A DNA stretch of 64,000 nucleotides from an uncultured Elusimicrobia bacterium (GTDB taxonomy: Bacteria > Elusimicrobiota > Elusimicrobia > 2-01-FULL-59-12): positions 1,056,001 through 1,120,000 of the forward strand of contig OY969767.1 of NCBI GenBank assembly GCA_963702895.1. The letters run 5' to 3'. Below the pieces are notes generated by a model. It did not search any database. It saw only the letters and a program-made list of their open reading frames with translations, and was not told where the DNA came from. Shown here piece by piece: positions 21,635 through 32,533 of this stretch; the stretch's first letter is position 1, and every line of letters starts with the position of its first letter. Made by a program: the position numbers and the translations under genes.

Positions 21635-21678
21635 AAATGCCTATGATCACCGAGGAGGAAGGAGAGGCCTCGGACCCG

Positions 21679-24600
21679 CTATTTCTTTTTTCCCTTGTTC
21701 GTATTGCCCCACCAGCCGAAGCGCCAGCGGGGTTCGATCGTGACACGGCGATCGGGAAGGATCCCGGGGGCCGAGTTGGGCAAATCAAAAGACCCGCGCA
21801 GATAAAGGTTCTTGAACGCGCGGTAGGAGAGTTGGACATCGGAGATGAGGTCGATTTTTCTCTGCTGCAGTTCAGCATCAACCTGGGAGGACGGTATAAA
21901 CCGAACTCCGTAGCCCACGGAGACTTTCTTTGAAAGATCTTTTTCGATTGTGTACTTGGTATTGGCCAAGAGATTGAGGGCGGTCGATTGCTGTTGGGAG
22001 GGGGCGGCGTTTAAGTCCCCCCCCGCCGCCGTGTTGGGGTCAAAGATGTGCTGCACGTGAAGCCGATCGGCGATTCCAGCTTTCTTGAGGACGTTCTGGG
22101 CCAGCGGCGTGGTCAGGCTTGAGTCAATGAGACTGACCAGCTGCTTCTGATAGAGATAGTTGCGTTCTTGGACGGTCAGGTTCTCGGTATCGGTTTGGGT
22201 GACGCGCGCCAGGAGTTTGTCCTGGGTCATCGTGGGATTGACGGCGGACGTCAGTCGTGGTTTGATTTGGTCCACAGGCGCGTAATCGATGTTCAGCGTG
22301 ATGGTATCGTTGGTGCTCAAGCGGCTCCCCCCTGTGCCGCCGCTCACGGTATCGACCGCCTGGGCTTGCGATTCCGCGATCCCGCGTATGTAGGGGGTGT
22401 TGATCACCCGCGCACCGCTTTTTTCGGAACGGACGTCATAGCGAGCCTGCCGGATGTCGAACTGAAGGCCAAGATAGCTGATGCGACCCTGGTTGATATC
22501 GAGCCCGCCATTCACCTCCAAAGCGTCGCTGGGCCCCTTGAGGGCCAGCTGTCCAGCGACACTGGCTTGCACGAGTTCATTTTCAAACCAGGCGCTGTCT
22601 AAAAATCTCAGGTTTACGTCCCAGTAAATACGCCTGAACCACTCCAGTACGGCTGTCGGAGGGGGCCGTTTGCTGGAAGGCGGGAACGTGAAGTGACCGT
22701 TCGAAAAGATCCCTTCCCCGCTGAAGGTGGGAGACTCCGCTGGTCCGCGAAGGGCAACATGACCCTGCACGTCGCAACGCGAATCGGTGGTCAAGAACTT
22801 AAACCGTTTGGCGAGCGGACTGTCGGGAATCGCGAGCTCCGGGACTTGAACTTCCACCCCCTTGCTTGAGACCACGGCAAGCTGGACATCATAGGCGGAA
22901 GGGAGAAAACCGGACAGGGTGATCTTCCCTGTTCCTTTGAACTCTCCATCTCCGGACTTGCCTCGTAAGTCCTTGATCGTGAGGGTGTTGTCATCAAAAT
23001 CCAAGGCCAGGGTTCCGCCGCGCAGCCGACGGAAATAATGCGCACCCGTGATGTCGCCATGGGTCACGCGAAGCGATCCTCGGAGCTGCGGGTTGTCCAA
23101 AGTCCCTTTGATTTGGAGAAGACCTTCGACTGGCCCTTTGGCTTCACGGACTTCCCTCGAAAAGGATTTGAGGAGGCTCAAATTGGCGTCGTGCAATCGA
23201 ATGGAAAAATCGATGGGTGGTGAGGAGGGGGCGGCGCTTTTGGCGGCACGCAAGACTTGAGAAGGCGTGCCCGCGGGGTTCTCTGGATTTCCGAACTCTG
23301 CTTTTTGGCGAAGTGGAAAGACCCCGGAACCCTCAAGGCCGTAATGACCAGGATCACTCAGGAAGAGCCGGGAAAAGGTGATGCGATCGTCCTGCCACAC
23401 AAACACCGCGGTCCCCGACCGGAAGGCAAGACCCAAGATGCTTCCACGATCAAGGTCCACGCTCCCTTCAACATGCGGGTGCTTCGAGTCACCGCGCCCC
23501 ACGACGGACAAATCGGCCGCGCCGCTGATCGCATAAGGGAAGCCGGAGAGCTCACCCAACGTGCTGATGTCCATACCACGGCCTTCCATTTTGAAGTCCC
23601 AGTGGTGGGGCCCCATTTCGCCTGTGAGGGCCAGCCCTTGTTCATATTTCCCCGAGATAAAGAGGTCCGAGATCCGAAGTTGTGGGGACTTCTGGAAGTT
23701 GATCGTTCCTGTGATGAGGGGCCCGGCGTTGGCCGGCGCGGAGAACTTTAACTCGCCGTTGTAATAGTCAGCCTGAAGAATGCCTTCTTCAAGCTCATAG
23801 TCATTGATAAAGAGAGACCTCGTTTGGGCTTTGGTTTGAATGGCAAAGCCTTCGGGCTTGATTTGCCACGTGCCTTCCATGCCCAGACCACCAAAGAGGG
23901 TAAAGACGCCCAGGTGGAGGTTGCGTAGGTCCAGGCCCAGGACCAGGCGCGCGGGCGAAGAGTCCGCAAACTCCACATAGCTGCCTTTGTGGAAGCGCAC
24001 CAACTCTTCCAGGGTCCTGGCTTCCGCCTCGGTGAGGGTGAGACGCCAGATGTTGGAGTTCTCGGCCAAGGAAGCCAGGGTCATCGTCATGTCGAGCTTG
24101 TCGAGCTTAAAAGGATGGGTTGTGCCGGCGGCATACGTGAGGGGGCCCGCGGCCAAGTGTCCAGTCCACTGGAGTCGCGAGAGCGGTCCACTCAGGGTGA
24201 GCGTGGTGTCGGCCAACCCCTCCAGCCGCTTGGGAAAATGAAGACTTTCAGCAAGGGCCGCTAAATTCAAGGCCTTCAACTGAAGTGTGCCACGGACCTC
24301 GGCATCCGGTGTCACGTGCCCGATCAGTTCAAAGTCCCCCCCTGACGCCATGCGACCGCTGATACGGAGCGGATTCAGGCCGCCTCTGCCCCAGGAGGCT
24401 TCGAGGTCCGCGGAAAATGGGAAGGCCCTCCATCGGGCACTTCGTAAGCGCGCACGGACCTTGTCTTCGGGATTTTCAGCAGAACCGGATTGTTCGTACT
24501 CCGCTCGTAAACGGCCATCCCAAAGAGGCGCCTGGAACACCAGATTACCTTCGCGCTTGTCTTGTCCTGTAAAGAACTTCCCAGTGAATTCAAAAGGAAT

Positions 24601-26634
24601 ATCCCAGGGCGCCGGGGCAGAACGGCTTTTGAGGCTGCCTTTTCCAGCCCATTCCCATTCATTTTGTCCGGAGGTGCCGCGCGTTTTCCATGAAGCTTTG
24701 GCCTGGCCCAGGAGTTCAGCGGTTTTGTTCTCAAGCGATAGTTTCGTGATTTCAAAAGCTTGAGGCCGAAGTTGGAAAAGGAGATGCCCTCGCTGCACCG
24801 TCCAAGAGCCGATGACGACATCCTGGAAGCTCGCCGTGCCCTTGTTCTCGGCATATTGACCACGAATGCCTTGTCCAATTTGAATCGAAGGGAGCGCCAA
24901 GCGGCCCTTGTCATAGATCAGGTTCCCGGAAGACAGACCGAGAGGCTTCTCGTAGAAAGTCAAATCGCGGCTCTCGAGGGTCGCTTTCACCTGGGGGTCC
25001 TGGGCCGTGCCGGTGATGTGACCTTGGGCGGAGGCGTGTCCGCGGAGCGGAATGCTCGTGAGGCTCAAAAAAGGAAGATCGGTCACGATGTCTGCTTGAG
25101 CGATAGACCAGGTGAAGCGTAGAGATTGGGGCCGGGGTTCGTAGCGACCTTCCGCGCTCAGCGATGCTCCACTGGGCAGGGTGATGTCAAGATGATCGAG
25201 ATGGATCGTTTCAGACGTTTGGTGTCCCGCAAGCGCGACGCGGAAATGGGTGGTCTCCGATTTGCCCAGGGCTTGGAACTCCGTCCTTGTCATCTCCAGG
25301 TCGCCCTTCGCCTCGCCCAACGCGGTTGGCCCCCAGGCCCCACCGCTCAGCCACCAGGCGCCTGTGAGCTGGTAGTTGTCCCACGGGCCTTTCAGTGCGC
25401 AAGAGGCATTGAGTTGGCCCTCCAAGATGCGGGGTTTTCCTTCCTGGTTTAGAGCGGCAAGCGATAGGTTCTCGGCGGTCAGCGTGAGGTCCGTGCCTGA
25501 GCCGCGAAGGTGTCCCTTGGTCGTGACTCGGCCGTTCAGGAACTGAAACGTGCTCTCCTGAGACTCCCACACGCCATCGCGATAGCTCATTTGCACCGAG
25601 GCGTTCTGGAAGGGCCATGCTCCCAAGGTGCCGGATTCCAGTGTCGCGCGGATTTGTAGGCCCAGTGGAGATTCCGTGAGTTCCGGTGTGAGTTCAGCAC
25701 GGCCCTGGCCTTTGAACCAAGGACAACTGATCAAGAAGCGGGGGCTGGACACCTTTTGTTTTCGATAGGTCCACGTGCCCTCCAACGCCAGCGCTGGTGT
25801 TGAAACGGCCGGGGACTCTGGGCCGGAGGAGAGCCTCAACGTGGCATTCTTAATCTGGCGGATCCAATCCTTCGCGGACCTGGGCAGAGAACGGCCGCCG
25901 GCCTCGACCTCAAAGTCAAAGTGACCTGGGACTGTCCAGCCTGTTGGCAAGAAGGGTCTGCGGAGGTGCGTTCTCGCGAGATCCAAAGCCGCTTGCGTTT
26001 GACAGCCAAAGACCTCGACGTGTGCGCTCCAGCGCCTTCCGAGAGTCGAGCCTTCGAAGTCGATACGGTCCGCTTCCCGGATACGGCCCGTGACGAAGAG
26101 GCTTGTCTGTGGGCCGCGGATGCGATAGGAGCCCTTGGCTTGAAAGAGAGACCACGGGCCGGCGGGAACATCAGGGTCTTCCCATTGGAAGGTACCGTCC
26201 TCCCAGGAGAGCTTGAACCAGGGGAGCAGAGAGGTCGCTCGAGGGGAGGCGCGCAGGTTCGGGAGGTCGCTGCGGGCCAGCTTGACCCGTGGTTGTGTCA
26301 AGTGGACCCCGCCGATGGCGTAGACGGGATTGCGTCTGTAAAGGGCCCGCGGCAAGCCCAGGGGGCTTAACGAAAGCTCAATCTGACTTGCCTCGAACAA
26401 GGAACGGTCTTGGTTCAAGGGATCTCTCACGCGGACATTGATGAGGCGAAAGCCTTTCAGATACGCCAGCGTGATGGTTTCGACTTGGACGTTCTTTTGC
26501 GTGAGCCGGCTGGCCGATCTTTCAAGAAAGCTTCGGAGTCGAGGCTCCCAGGTGACGCTGAAGCCAAGGAAGAGCCACTGTAAGGTCCCCGCAAACGCCA
26601 CAATAAAAATAACGATGTAGGAGAGACGTTTCAT
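21679..26634 (-). CDS. tamB: TamB/AsmA-like translocation and assembly module protein
   Basis: About 1650 aa, N-terminal TM anchor, long beta-rich repeats, adjacent to bamA. Start MKRLSY at 26634, preceded by TGTTATACT. Confidence 0.8.
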   Translation of the reverse strand: MKRLSYIVIFIVAFAGTLQWLFLGFSVTWEPRLRSFLERSASRLTQKNVQVETITLAYLKGFRLINVRVRDPLNQDRSLFEASQIELSLSPLGLPRALYRRNPVYAIGGVHLTQPRVKLARSDLPNLRASPRATSLLPWFKLSWEDGTFQWEDPDVPAGPWSLFQAKGSYRIRGPQTSLFVTGRIREADRIDFEGSTLGRRWSAHVEVFGCQTQAALDLARTHLRRPFLPTGWTVPGHFDFEVEAGGRSLPRSAKDWIRQIKNATLRLSSGPESPAVSTPALALEGTWTYRKQKVSSPRFLISCPWFKGQGRAELTPELTESPLGLQIRATLESGTLGAWPFQNASVQMSYRDGVWESQESTFQFLNGRVTTKGHLRGSGTDLTLTAENLSLAALNQEGKPRILEGQLNASCALKGPWDNYQLTGAWWLSGGAWGPTALGEAKGDLEMTRTEFQALGKSETTHFRVALAGHQTSETIHLDHLDITLPSGASLSAEGRYEPRPQSLRFTWSIAQADIVTDLPFLSLTSIPLRGHASAQGHITGTAQDPQVKATLESRDLTFYEKPLGLSSGNLIYDKGRLALPSIQIGQGIRGQYAENKGTASFQDVVIGSWTVQRGHLLFQLRPQAFEITKLSLENKTAELLGQAKASWKTRGTSGQNEWEWAGKGSLKSRSAPAPWDIPFEFTGKFFTGQDKREGNLVFQAPLWDGRLRAEYEQSGSAENPEDKVRARLRSARWRAFPFSADLEASWGRGGLNPLRISGRMASGGDFELIGHVTPDAEVRGTLQLKALNLAALAESLHFPKRLEGLADTTLTLSGPLSRLQWTGHLAAGPLTYAAGTTHPFKLDKLDMTMTLASLAENSNIWRLTLTEAEARTLEELVRFHKGSYVEFADSSPARLVLGLDLRNLHLGVFTLFGGLGMEGTWQIKPEGFAIQTKAQTRSLFINDYELEEGILQADYYNGELKFSAPANAGPLITGTINFQKSPQLRISDLFISGKYEQGLALTGEMGPHHWDFKMEGRGMDISTLGELSGFPYAISGAADLSVVGRGDSKHPHVEGSVDLDRGSILGLAFRSGTAVFVWQDDRITFSRLFLSDPGHYGLEGSGVFPLRQKAEFGNPENPAGTPSQVLRAAKSAAPSSPPIDFSIRLHDANLSLLKSFSREVREAKGPVEGLLQIKGTLDNPQLRGSLRVTHGDITGAHYFRRLRGGTLALDFDDNTLTIKDLRGKSGDGEFKGTGKITLSGFLPSAYDVQLAVVSSKGVEVQVPELAIPDSPLAKRFKFLTTDSRCDVQGHVALRGPAESPTFSGEGIFSNGHFTFPPSSKRPPPTAVLEWFRRIYWDVNLRFLDSAWFENELVQASVAGQLALKGPSDALEVNGGLDINQGRISYLGLQFDIRQARYDVRSEKSGARVINTPYIRGIAESQAQAVDTVSGGTGGSRLSTNDTITLNIDYAPVDQIKPRLTSAVNPTMTQDKLLARVTQTDTENLTVQERNYLYQKQLVSLIDSSLTTPLAQNVLKKAGIADRLHVQHIFDPNTAAGGDLNAAPSQQQSTALNLLANTKYTIEKDLSKKVSVGYGVRFIPSSQVDAELQQRKIDLISDVQLSYRAFKNLYLRGSFDLPNSAPGILPDRRVTIEPRWRFGWWGNTNKGKKK

Positions 26635-26772
26635 AGCGCTTTCATCAACAGTATAACACGCAGGCGCTGGCGCCCGGTCGTGCGTTTCCGTCGATAAGAG
26701 AGGGAGGATTTCCGCCCGCGCCCAAAGCTGGCGACCCAAGAAACGGCGAAGCTCGGCCTGGCAAAGAAGAGG

Positions 26773-26926
26773 TTAGCCGGAAATCTTCGGTTCATTTTGC
26801 CTCATCGTCTGAACTCGATGCACTTTTTTGTGCCGTCACCCCGGCGAAAGCCGGGGTCCAGTTCAACGACGATGGACTGGATCCCGGTTTTCACCGGGAT
26901 GACGACAACTGCAGATTCCCGGTTAG
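26773..26926. mobile_element. MITE-like element copy 2 (inverted relative to copy 1; TTAG direct flanks)
   Basis: TTAG-CCGGAAATCT...AGATTCCCGG-TTAG; 3 mismatches to copy 1 over 146 bp by manual alignment. Confidence 0.85.
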
Positions 26927-29403
26927 TGTTTGACGGACTTCGGGGCGGGCTGGGTTCCGAAGAGCAGGCGCTTTTCATCCGCATCGAAATCGATATGGAT
27001 GTTGCAGGGCGCGCTAAAGCGCTTGGCCAGAATTTCAGTGGCCAAGGTGTCTTCCACGAGCCGCTGGATCGTGCGCTGCAGGGGCCTGGCTCCGTAATGC
27101 GGGTCAAAGCCTTTCTCCAGAAGATGACTTTTCGCCTCATCAGAGAGCTGGATCGTGAAGCCTTGGGATTTCAACTTGTCCTTGACGCGACTCAGCATCA
27201 TCTCCAGGATCTTTTTCATGTCTTCCTTCGAGAGCGCGTGGAAGAAAATCACGTCGTCGATTCGGTTTAAGAATTCCGGGTTAAAGGCGCGCTTGACTTC
27301 TTCCATGACGGTTTCCTTCATGGACTGATAATCGCGTTTGGCGTCATCTTCTACGAGGAAGCCTAAGGATTTGCCTTTGGAGATGAGGCGGGCCCCGACA
27401 TTCGAGGTCATGATGATCACCGTATTTTTAAAGTTCACCTTATGGCCGAGGTTGTCGGTCAGCTGCCCGTCATCGAGCACCTGTAGCAGGATGTTGAAGA
27501 CGTCGGGGTGGGCCTTCTCAATTTCGTCGAGCAAGACCACGGAATACGGCTTGCGGCGCACGGCTTCGGTGAGCTGGCCGCCTTCTTCGTAGCCCACGTA
27601 GCCGGGAGGTGCGCCAATGAGCCTGGAGACCGAGAACTTTTCCATATATTCCGACATATCGATGCGGACCATCGAATCTTCTTCGCCAAAGAGAATTTCG
27701 GAAACCGCGCGTCCGAGCTCCGTTTTCCCGACACCCGTTGGCCCCAGGAAGATAAAGGAACCGATGGGCTTCTTCGGGTCTTTGAGACCCGTGCGTGAGC
27801 GGCGGATGGCCTGGGAGAGCGACTTGATCGCTTCTTCCTGACCGACCACGCGTTTGTGGAGATCCTCCTCGAGCTGAATGAGGCGATCGGATTCCTTTTC
27901 GGTGAGACGCTGAACGGGAATACCGGTCCACTTGGCGACAATGCCGGCGATCTCTTCTGCGCTCACGGTGGGCTGTGTGGTTTCGCGTTTTTCCTTCCAC
28001 TTCTTTTTGGAATCATCAAGAGTCTTGCGGAGTTCTTTTTCCTTGTCGCGCAGGCGTGCGGCCTTTTCGTACTCCTGCGACGAGATGGCGGTGTCCTTGT
28101 CTTTGGACAGTTGCGTGATCTCCGTCTCTTTCTCCTTCAGGTTCTGCGGAAGGACGGTGGTCTGAAGACGCGCGCGGCTGCCGGCTTCGTCGATGAGATC
28201 GATGGCCTTGTCGGGGAGAAACCGATCCGCGATGTAGCGATCGGAGAGCTCCGCTGCCGCGGTGAGGGCATCGTCCGTGAACTTCACTTTGTGGTGCGTC
28301 TCGTACTTTTCGCGTAATCCGGTCAGGATGCGGATCGTATCCTCAATGGTCGGGGGATCGACGGTGATGGGCTGGAAGCGCCGCTCGAGCGCCGCATCGT
28401 GTTCAATATATTTCCGGTACTCATCAAAGGTGGTGGCGCCGATGCATTGGAGTTCGCCGCGCGCCAGCGCGGGCTTGAGGATATTGGACGCGTCGATCGC
28501 GCCTTCCGCGGCCCCCGCGCCAATGACGGTATGGAGCTCATCGATAAAGAGAATGATGGAGTTCTTCGCGCGGCGGATTTCCTCAATAATATTCTTGAGG
28601 CGCTGTTCAAACTCACCGCGGTACTTGGTGCCCGCCACCACGGCGGCAAGATCGAGCGTCATCACGCGCTTGTTCATCAAAAGGTCAGGAATGTCTCCGC
28701 TGGCGATCTTCTGGGCAAGGCCTTCGACGATCGCCGTTTTTCCGACGCCCGGGTCCCCAATGAGAACGGGATTATTCTTCGTGCGGCGCGACAGGATCTG
28801 GATGAGACGCTCAATCTCATCGATGCGGCCGATGACAGGGTCAAGCTTTGATTCCTTGGCCATCTGGGTGAGGTCCCGGCCAAATTCGTCGAGGGTTGGG
28901 GTCTTGGATTTGGTGCCTCCGCCCGGGGAACGGGTGCTTGCCGTGGGCGCCGCGGGGCCAGGTTGCCCTTCGCCCAAGAGGCTGATCACTTCCTCGCGAA
29001 CGATGTCCAGCCGCACGCCCAGGTTTTCGAGGACCTGCGCCGCGACGCCTTCTTCCTCGCGGATGAGCCCCAAGAGCAAATGTTCGGTGCCCACATGGCT
29101 ATGTCCCATGTTCTGGGCTTCTTCGACAGCGAGTTCTAAAACTTTTTTCGCGCGCGGGGTGAAAGGGATTTCCCCCAGAAGCATCACATTGTCGCCCGTG
29201 CCGACGATTTTTTCAATTTCGGCGCGCACACGGCGCAGATCAACGCCAAGATTGGCCAACACCTGTGCCGCAACCCCTTCGCCGAGAGCGATGAGGCCGA
29301 GAAGAATGTGCTCGGTGCCGACGTAGTCATGATTGAGGCGCTTGGCTTCTTCCTGAGCGATCAGGATGACGCGCTGAGCTCGTTCGGTAAAGCGGTTGGA
29401 CAT
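26923..29403 (-). CDS. clpC: ATP-dependent Clp protease ATP-binding subunit ClpC
   Basis: Clp-N repeats, [11 protein letters not shown] middle domain, [17 protein letters not shown]; downstream of mcsAB. Confidence 0.96.
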   Translation of the reverse strand: MSNRFTERAQRVILIAQEEAKRLNHDYVGTEHILLGLIALGEGVAAQVLANLGVDLRRVRAEIEKIVGTGDNVMLLGEIPFTPRAKKVLELAVEEAQNMGHSHVGTEHLLLGLIREEEGVAAQVLENLGVRLDIVREEVISLLGEGQPGPAAPTASTRSPGGGTKSKTPTLDEFGRDLTQMAKESKLDPVIGRIDEIERLIQILSRRTKNNPVLIGDPGVGKTAIVEGLAQKIASGDIPDLLMNKRVMTLDLAAVVAGTKYRGEFEQRLKNIIEEIRRAKNSIILFIDELHTVIGAGAAEGAIDASNILKPALARGELQCIGATTFDEYRKYIEHDAALERRFQPITVDPPTIEDTIRILTGLREKYETHHKVKFTDDALTAAAELSDRYIADRFLPDKAIDLIDEAGSRARLQTTVLPQNLKEKETEITQLSKDKDTAISSQEYEKAARLRDKEKELRKTLDDSKKKWKEKRETTQPTVSAEEIAGIVAKWTGIPVQRLTEKESDRLIQLEEDLHKRVVGQEEAIKSLSQAIRRSRTGLKDPKKPIGSFIFLGPTGVGKTELGRAVSEILFGEEDSMVRIDMSEYMEKFSVSRLIGAPPGYVGYEEGGQLTEAVRRKPYSVVLLDEIEKAHPDVFNILLQVLDDGQLTDNLGHKVNFKNTVIIMTSNVGARLISKGKSLGFLVEDDAKRDYQSMKETVMEEVKRAFNPEFLNRIDDVIFFHALSKEDMKKILEMMLSRVKDKLKSQGFTIQLSDEAKSHLLEKGFDPHYGARPLQRTIQRLVEDTLATEILAKRFSAPCNIHIDFDADEKRLLFGTQPAPKSVKH

Positions 29404-29406
29404 GGC

Positions 29407-30462
29407 TTAGGGTTCCCCCAATTTCTCCCGTATGATCGAGGCGCGCATGCGGTCCCTTTCTTCCGCTTTGAGGGTGCTGCCTTTGAGCAGTTGCAAGTGA
29501 GCGGGCTGCGTCACCAGCATCACGTGGTTGAGTGTAGACGCTTTCACGGGGATCTGCAAGCCCAAATGCAATCCCAAGCGAATTTGAGAAATCATCGACA
29601 TGGTCTCATCGTAGCTGATGAGTCGAGCGTGACGCAAGAGTCCCCAAGCTCTCCATACTTGATCTTCCACAACAGCGCGCCGCTTGGGTTCCCGAAGCGC
29701 CTCGCGCCGTTGGTGTTCGTAATGCATCACGCTTTGGATCACGCGTTCCATATTGTCCAGGTACTCCTGCTCGGAATGCCCGAGGGTCATGGCATTGGAG
29801 ATCTGAATCAGATCTCCGATCGCGTTGGAACGCTCGCCATAAAACCCGCGGGCCGCGACATTCATTTGCGTCAGACCCTCCAAAACGCGGCCCAGGTCAC
29901 CGCCGGCGGCAAGCGCTGGCAAATGAAGTAAACACGAAACGCGCATTCCAGTTCCTGTATTGGTAGGGCATCGCGTAGAAAAGCCCCATTCCGCATCAAA
30001 GGCGTAGGGGAGATGTTCGCCAAGCTCCGTGTCGGCCTTGTCCACCTTGGCATGGGCCTGCCGCAAGGCAAAACCCGGCGCGAAACTTTGCAGGCGAAGA
30101 TGATCCTCTTCGTGGATCATGAGCGTCACCTCTTGGCCAGGGCCAATGAGGACCCCTCGGTCCTTCTCCTCAAAGGCCATTTCGGGTGAGATGAGATGCC
30201 GTTCCATGAGAAACTGTCGTTCGATCTTCTTGGCTTCCGTCAAATCGATATAGCGCGCTTTCGTCAGCGAAGCGCTCAGGCTTGCGGCACGCAGGACTTG
30301 CTCGATGAGCTGGCGCCTTTCGACCTCACCGAGCCGCGCGGGAAAGGGAACATCCACGACGTTTCTGGCAAGGCGCACGCGCGTGGAGATGACCATATCA
30401 CTGGAAGGGCCCGCGGCATCCAACCAAACATGCGGTTCCTTGGCGATGCTTTCCCAGTCCAT
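29407..30462 (-). CDS. mcsB: Protein arginine kinase McsB
   Basis: STRVRLARN, ERHLIS, EEDHLRLQ, CPTNTGTGMR, QISN. Confidence 0.95.
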   Translation of the reverse strand: MDWESIAKEPHVWLDAAGPSSDMVISTRVRLARNVVDVPFPARLGEVERRQLIEQVLRAASLSASLTKARYIDLTEAKKIERQFLMERHLISPEMAFEEKDRGVLIGPGQEVTLMIHEEDHLRLQSFAPGFALRQAHAKVDKADTELGEHLPYAFDAEWGFSTRCPTNTGTGMRVSCLLHLPALAAGGDLGRVLEGLTQMNVAARGFYGERSNAIGDLIQISNAMTLGHSEQEYLDNMERVIQSVMHYEHQRREALREPKRRAVVEDQVWRAWGLLRHARLISYDETMSMISQIRLGLHLGLQIPVKASTLNHVMLVTQPAHLQLLKGSTLKAEERDRMRASIIREKLGEP

Positions 30463-30972
30463 TTAGCGTCCTCTCACCTTTTCGCCGCGCTCCAGTTTTT
30501 GGATCTGGTCCCTGAGCTCCGCGGCTTTCTCGTAGTGTTCGCTCCGGATGGCTTCCCGGAGTTCCAGCTTCATGCGGGCGAGTTCCTCGGTGGTCGAGCC
30601 CGGGCGTACCGTACGCCGGTAGGTTTTCCCCACGTGCTGCGTGCTGCCGTGGATCTGTCTGAGCAAAGGTCCTACCAGAGAAGAAAAAGTCGCATAACAT
30701 TGGCTGCACCCGAGCTGACTGGTTTGTTTGAATTCCGCATAGGATAATCCGCAGCGCGGGCAGGTCGTGCCAAAGAGGTCCGTCCCCATGCTGGAAGACT
30801 GGGCGAGGCTCGCGACCATATCGCCGAGGGAATAGATCGATTTTCCAAAGGGAAACATCATCCCTTTCTTCTTGGCGCAAGACTCGCACAAATGTAGCTT
30901 GACGGCCTGTTGGTTCACAATCCCTTTGAAATAGATGGTGGCATGATGTTTTCCACAGAGGTTGCAAATCAT
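30463..30972 (-). CDS. mcsA: McsA activator protein
   Basis: Four CxxC motifs plus C-terminal UVR domain. Confidence 0.93.
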   Translation of the reverse strand: MICNLCGKHHATIYFKGIVNQQAVKLHLCESCAKKKGMMFPFGKSIYSLGDMVASLAQSSSMGTDLFGTTCPRCGLSYAEFKQTSQLGCSQCYATFSSLVGPLLRQIHGSTQHVGKTYRRTVRPGSTTEELARMKLELREAIRSEHYEKAAELRDQIQKLERGEKVRGR

Positions 30973-30981
30973 GGGATCGGG

Positions 30982-31860
30982 CTAATCGCCTTCTATGAGA
31001 ACGCCGGTGAGGCGGGTGAGTTCCTTGAATTCCTTGATGAGGCGCAGGGTGACCTTCCCAGGACGACCATCGCCGATCATGCGACCGTCGACTTCGGTCA
31101 CGGGGATCACCTCTGCGGCGGTGCCCGTGAGAAAGACTTCATCGCCCGTGTAGAGGTGGTAAGGCGTGAAGAGTTCCTCCTTCACCAAAAGCTTGAGCTT
31201 GTTTTTGGCGATGTCCATCACGATGTTGCGCGTGATGCCTTCGAGCGCGCCGGCCGAGGTCGGGGGTGTCAGGAGCGTGTTTTCCTTGAGGTAAAAGATG
31301 TTGTCCCCTGTGCACTCGGCGACATAGCCTTCACGGTTGAGCATGATGGCCTCAGGGGCGTTTTGCCGGGCCGCTTCGGCCTTCGCCAGAACATTGTTGA
31401 GGTAGTTCAGGGACTTGATGCAGGGGTTCAAGGCCTCGGCGATGTTTCGGCGCACCGAAGAGGTCATCACGGAGAGCCCCGTGTCATAGAGTTCCTGGGG
31501 GTAGAGCGAGATTTTGTCCGTGATGATGATGAGCGAGGGCTTGGTGCATTTTCGGGTGTCCAGGCCCAGGTCGCCTTCGCCTCGCGTCACGATGAGCCGG
31601 ATATAGGCGTCTTTGAGGCGGTTGGCGCGAAGGGTGGCGATCACGGCCTCCTCCAGGTTCTTTTTGCTCACGGGCACCTGGAGCATGATGGCTCTGGCGG
31701 AATTAAAAAGGCGGTCGAGGTGCTCCCTCAACTTGAAGATCCTCCCGTTGTAGGCGCGGATGCCTTCAAAAACGCCGTCGCCATAGAGAAGACCATGGTC
31801 AAAAACGGAGATGCAGGCCTTGTCCTTATCGACGAGCTGGCCGTTGAGGTATATTTTCAT
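30982..31860 (-). CDS. ilvE: Branched-chain amino acid aminotransferase
   Basis: DHGLLYGDGVFEGIR, KSLNYLNN, GITR, TGTAAEV. Confidence 0.95.
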   Translation of the reverse strand: MKIYLNGQLVDKDKACISVFDHGLLYGDGVFEGIRAYNGRIFKLREHLDRLFNSARAIMLQVPVSKKNLEEAVIATLRANRLKDAYIRLIVTRGEGDLGLDTRKCTKPSLIIITDKISLYPQELYDTGLSVMTSSVRRNIAEALNPCIKSLNYLNNVLAKAEAARQNAPEAIMLNREGYVAECTGDNIFYLKENTLLTPPTSAGALEGITRNIVMDIAKNKLKLLVKEELFTPYHLYTGDEVFLTGTAAEVIPVTEVDGRMIGDGRPGKVTLRLIKEFKELTRLTGVLIEGD

Positions 31861-32533
31861 GTTCGATTTTCCCATCCCGCAGGTGGATGCAGCGATCGGC
31901 GCGTTCGGCGATGTCCTCCTGGTGCGTGACGATCACCGCTGTCGCGTTGCGCTTCCGGACTTCCTCCCATAAGAGTTTGAGGACCACTTCGCCTGTTTCC
32001 TTGTCCAAGTTGCCCGTGGGCTCATCCGCCAGAACGAGCGCAGGTTCATTCACCAGGGCCCTGGCCAGGGCGGCGCGTTGCTGTTCGCCCCCGGAGAGCT
32101 GCATGGGGCGCTTGTAGAAATGATCGCGCAGTCCCATTGTATCCAATAGCATGGCCGCCTGCGCGGCCGCCTCCCGCTCCGAGATGCCTTGAATCCACTG
32201 AGGAAGCATGGCATTTTCGAGGACCGTTAACTCCGGCAAAAGATGATGAAACTGAAAGAGAAAACCAATGTATTCGTTTCTCAAGCGCGCACGCTCTTTG
32301 GGCGGCAGGGACTGGACTTCAACGTCCTGGATTTTGAGGGATCCGGAGGTGGGCGTGTCCATGAGACCCAGCACGTGCAGGAGGGTCGATTTTCCGGCGC
32401 CGGAAGGTCCGACGACCGCGACAATCTCGCCTTCCTTGAGCGTGACGGAAAGAGGGTGCAAAATCTCGACGGGCCGCCCGGCTTGGTCGAAACTCTTGGT
32501 GATACCTTCGGCGAGGAGAATAGTCTCAGCCAT
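31826..32533 (-). CDS. lolD: Lipoprotein-releasing ABC transporter ATPase
   Basis: GPSGAGKS, GFLFQFHHLLPE, LSGGEQQR, ADEPTGNLD. Confidence 0.92.
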   Translation of the reverse strand: MAETILLAEGITKSFDQAGRPVEILHPLSVTLKEGEIVAVVGPSGAGKSTLLHVLGLMDTPTSGSLKIQDVEVQSLPPKERARLRNEYIGFLFQFHHLLPELTVLENAMLPQWIQGISEREAAAQAAMLLDTMGLRDHFYKRPMQLSGGEQQRAALARALVNEPALVLADEPTGNLDKETGEVVLKLLWEEVRKRNATAVIVTHQEDIAERADRCIHLRDGKIEHENIPQRPARR

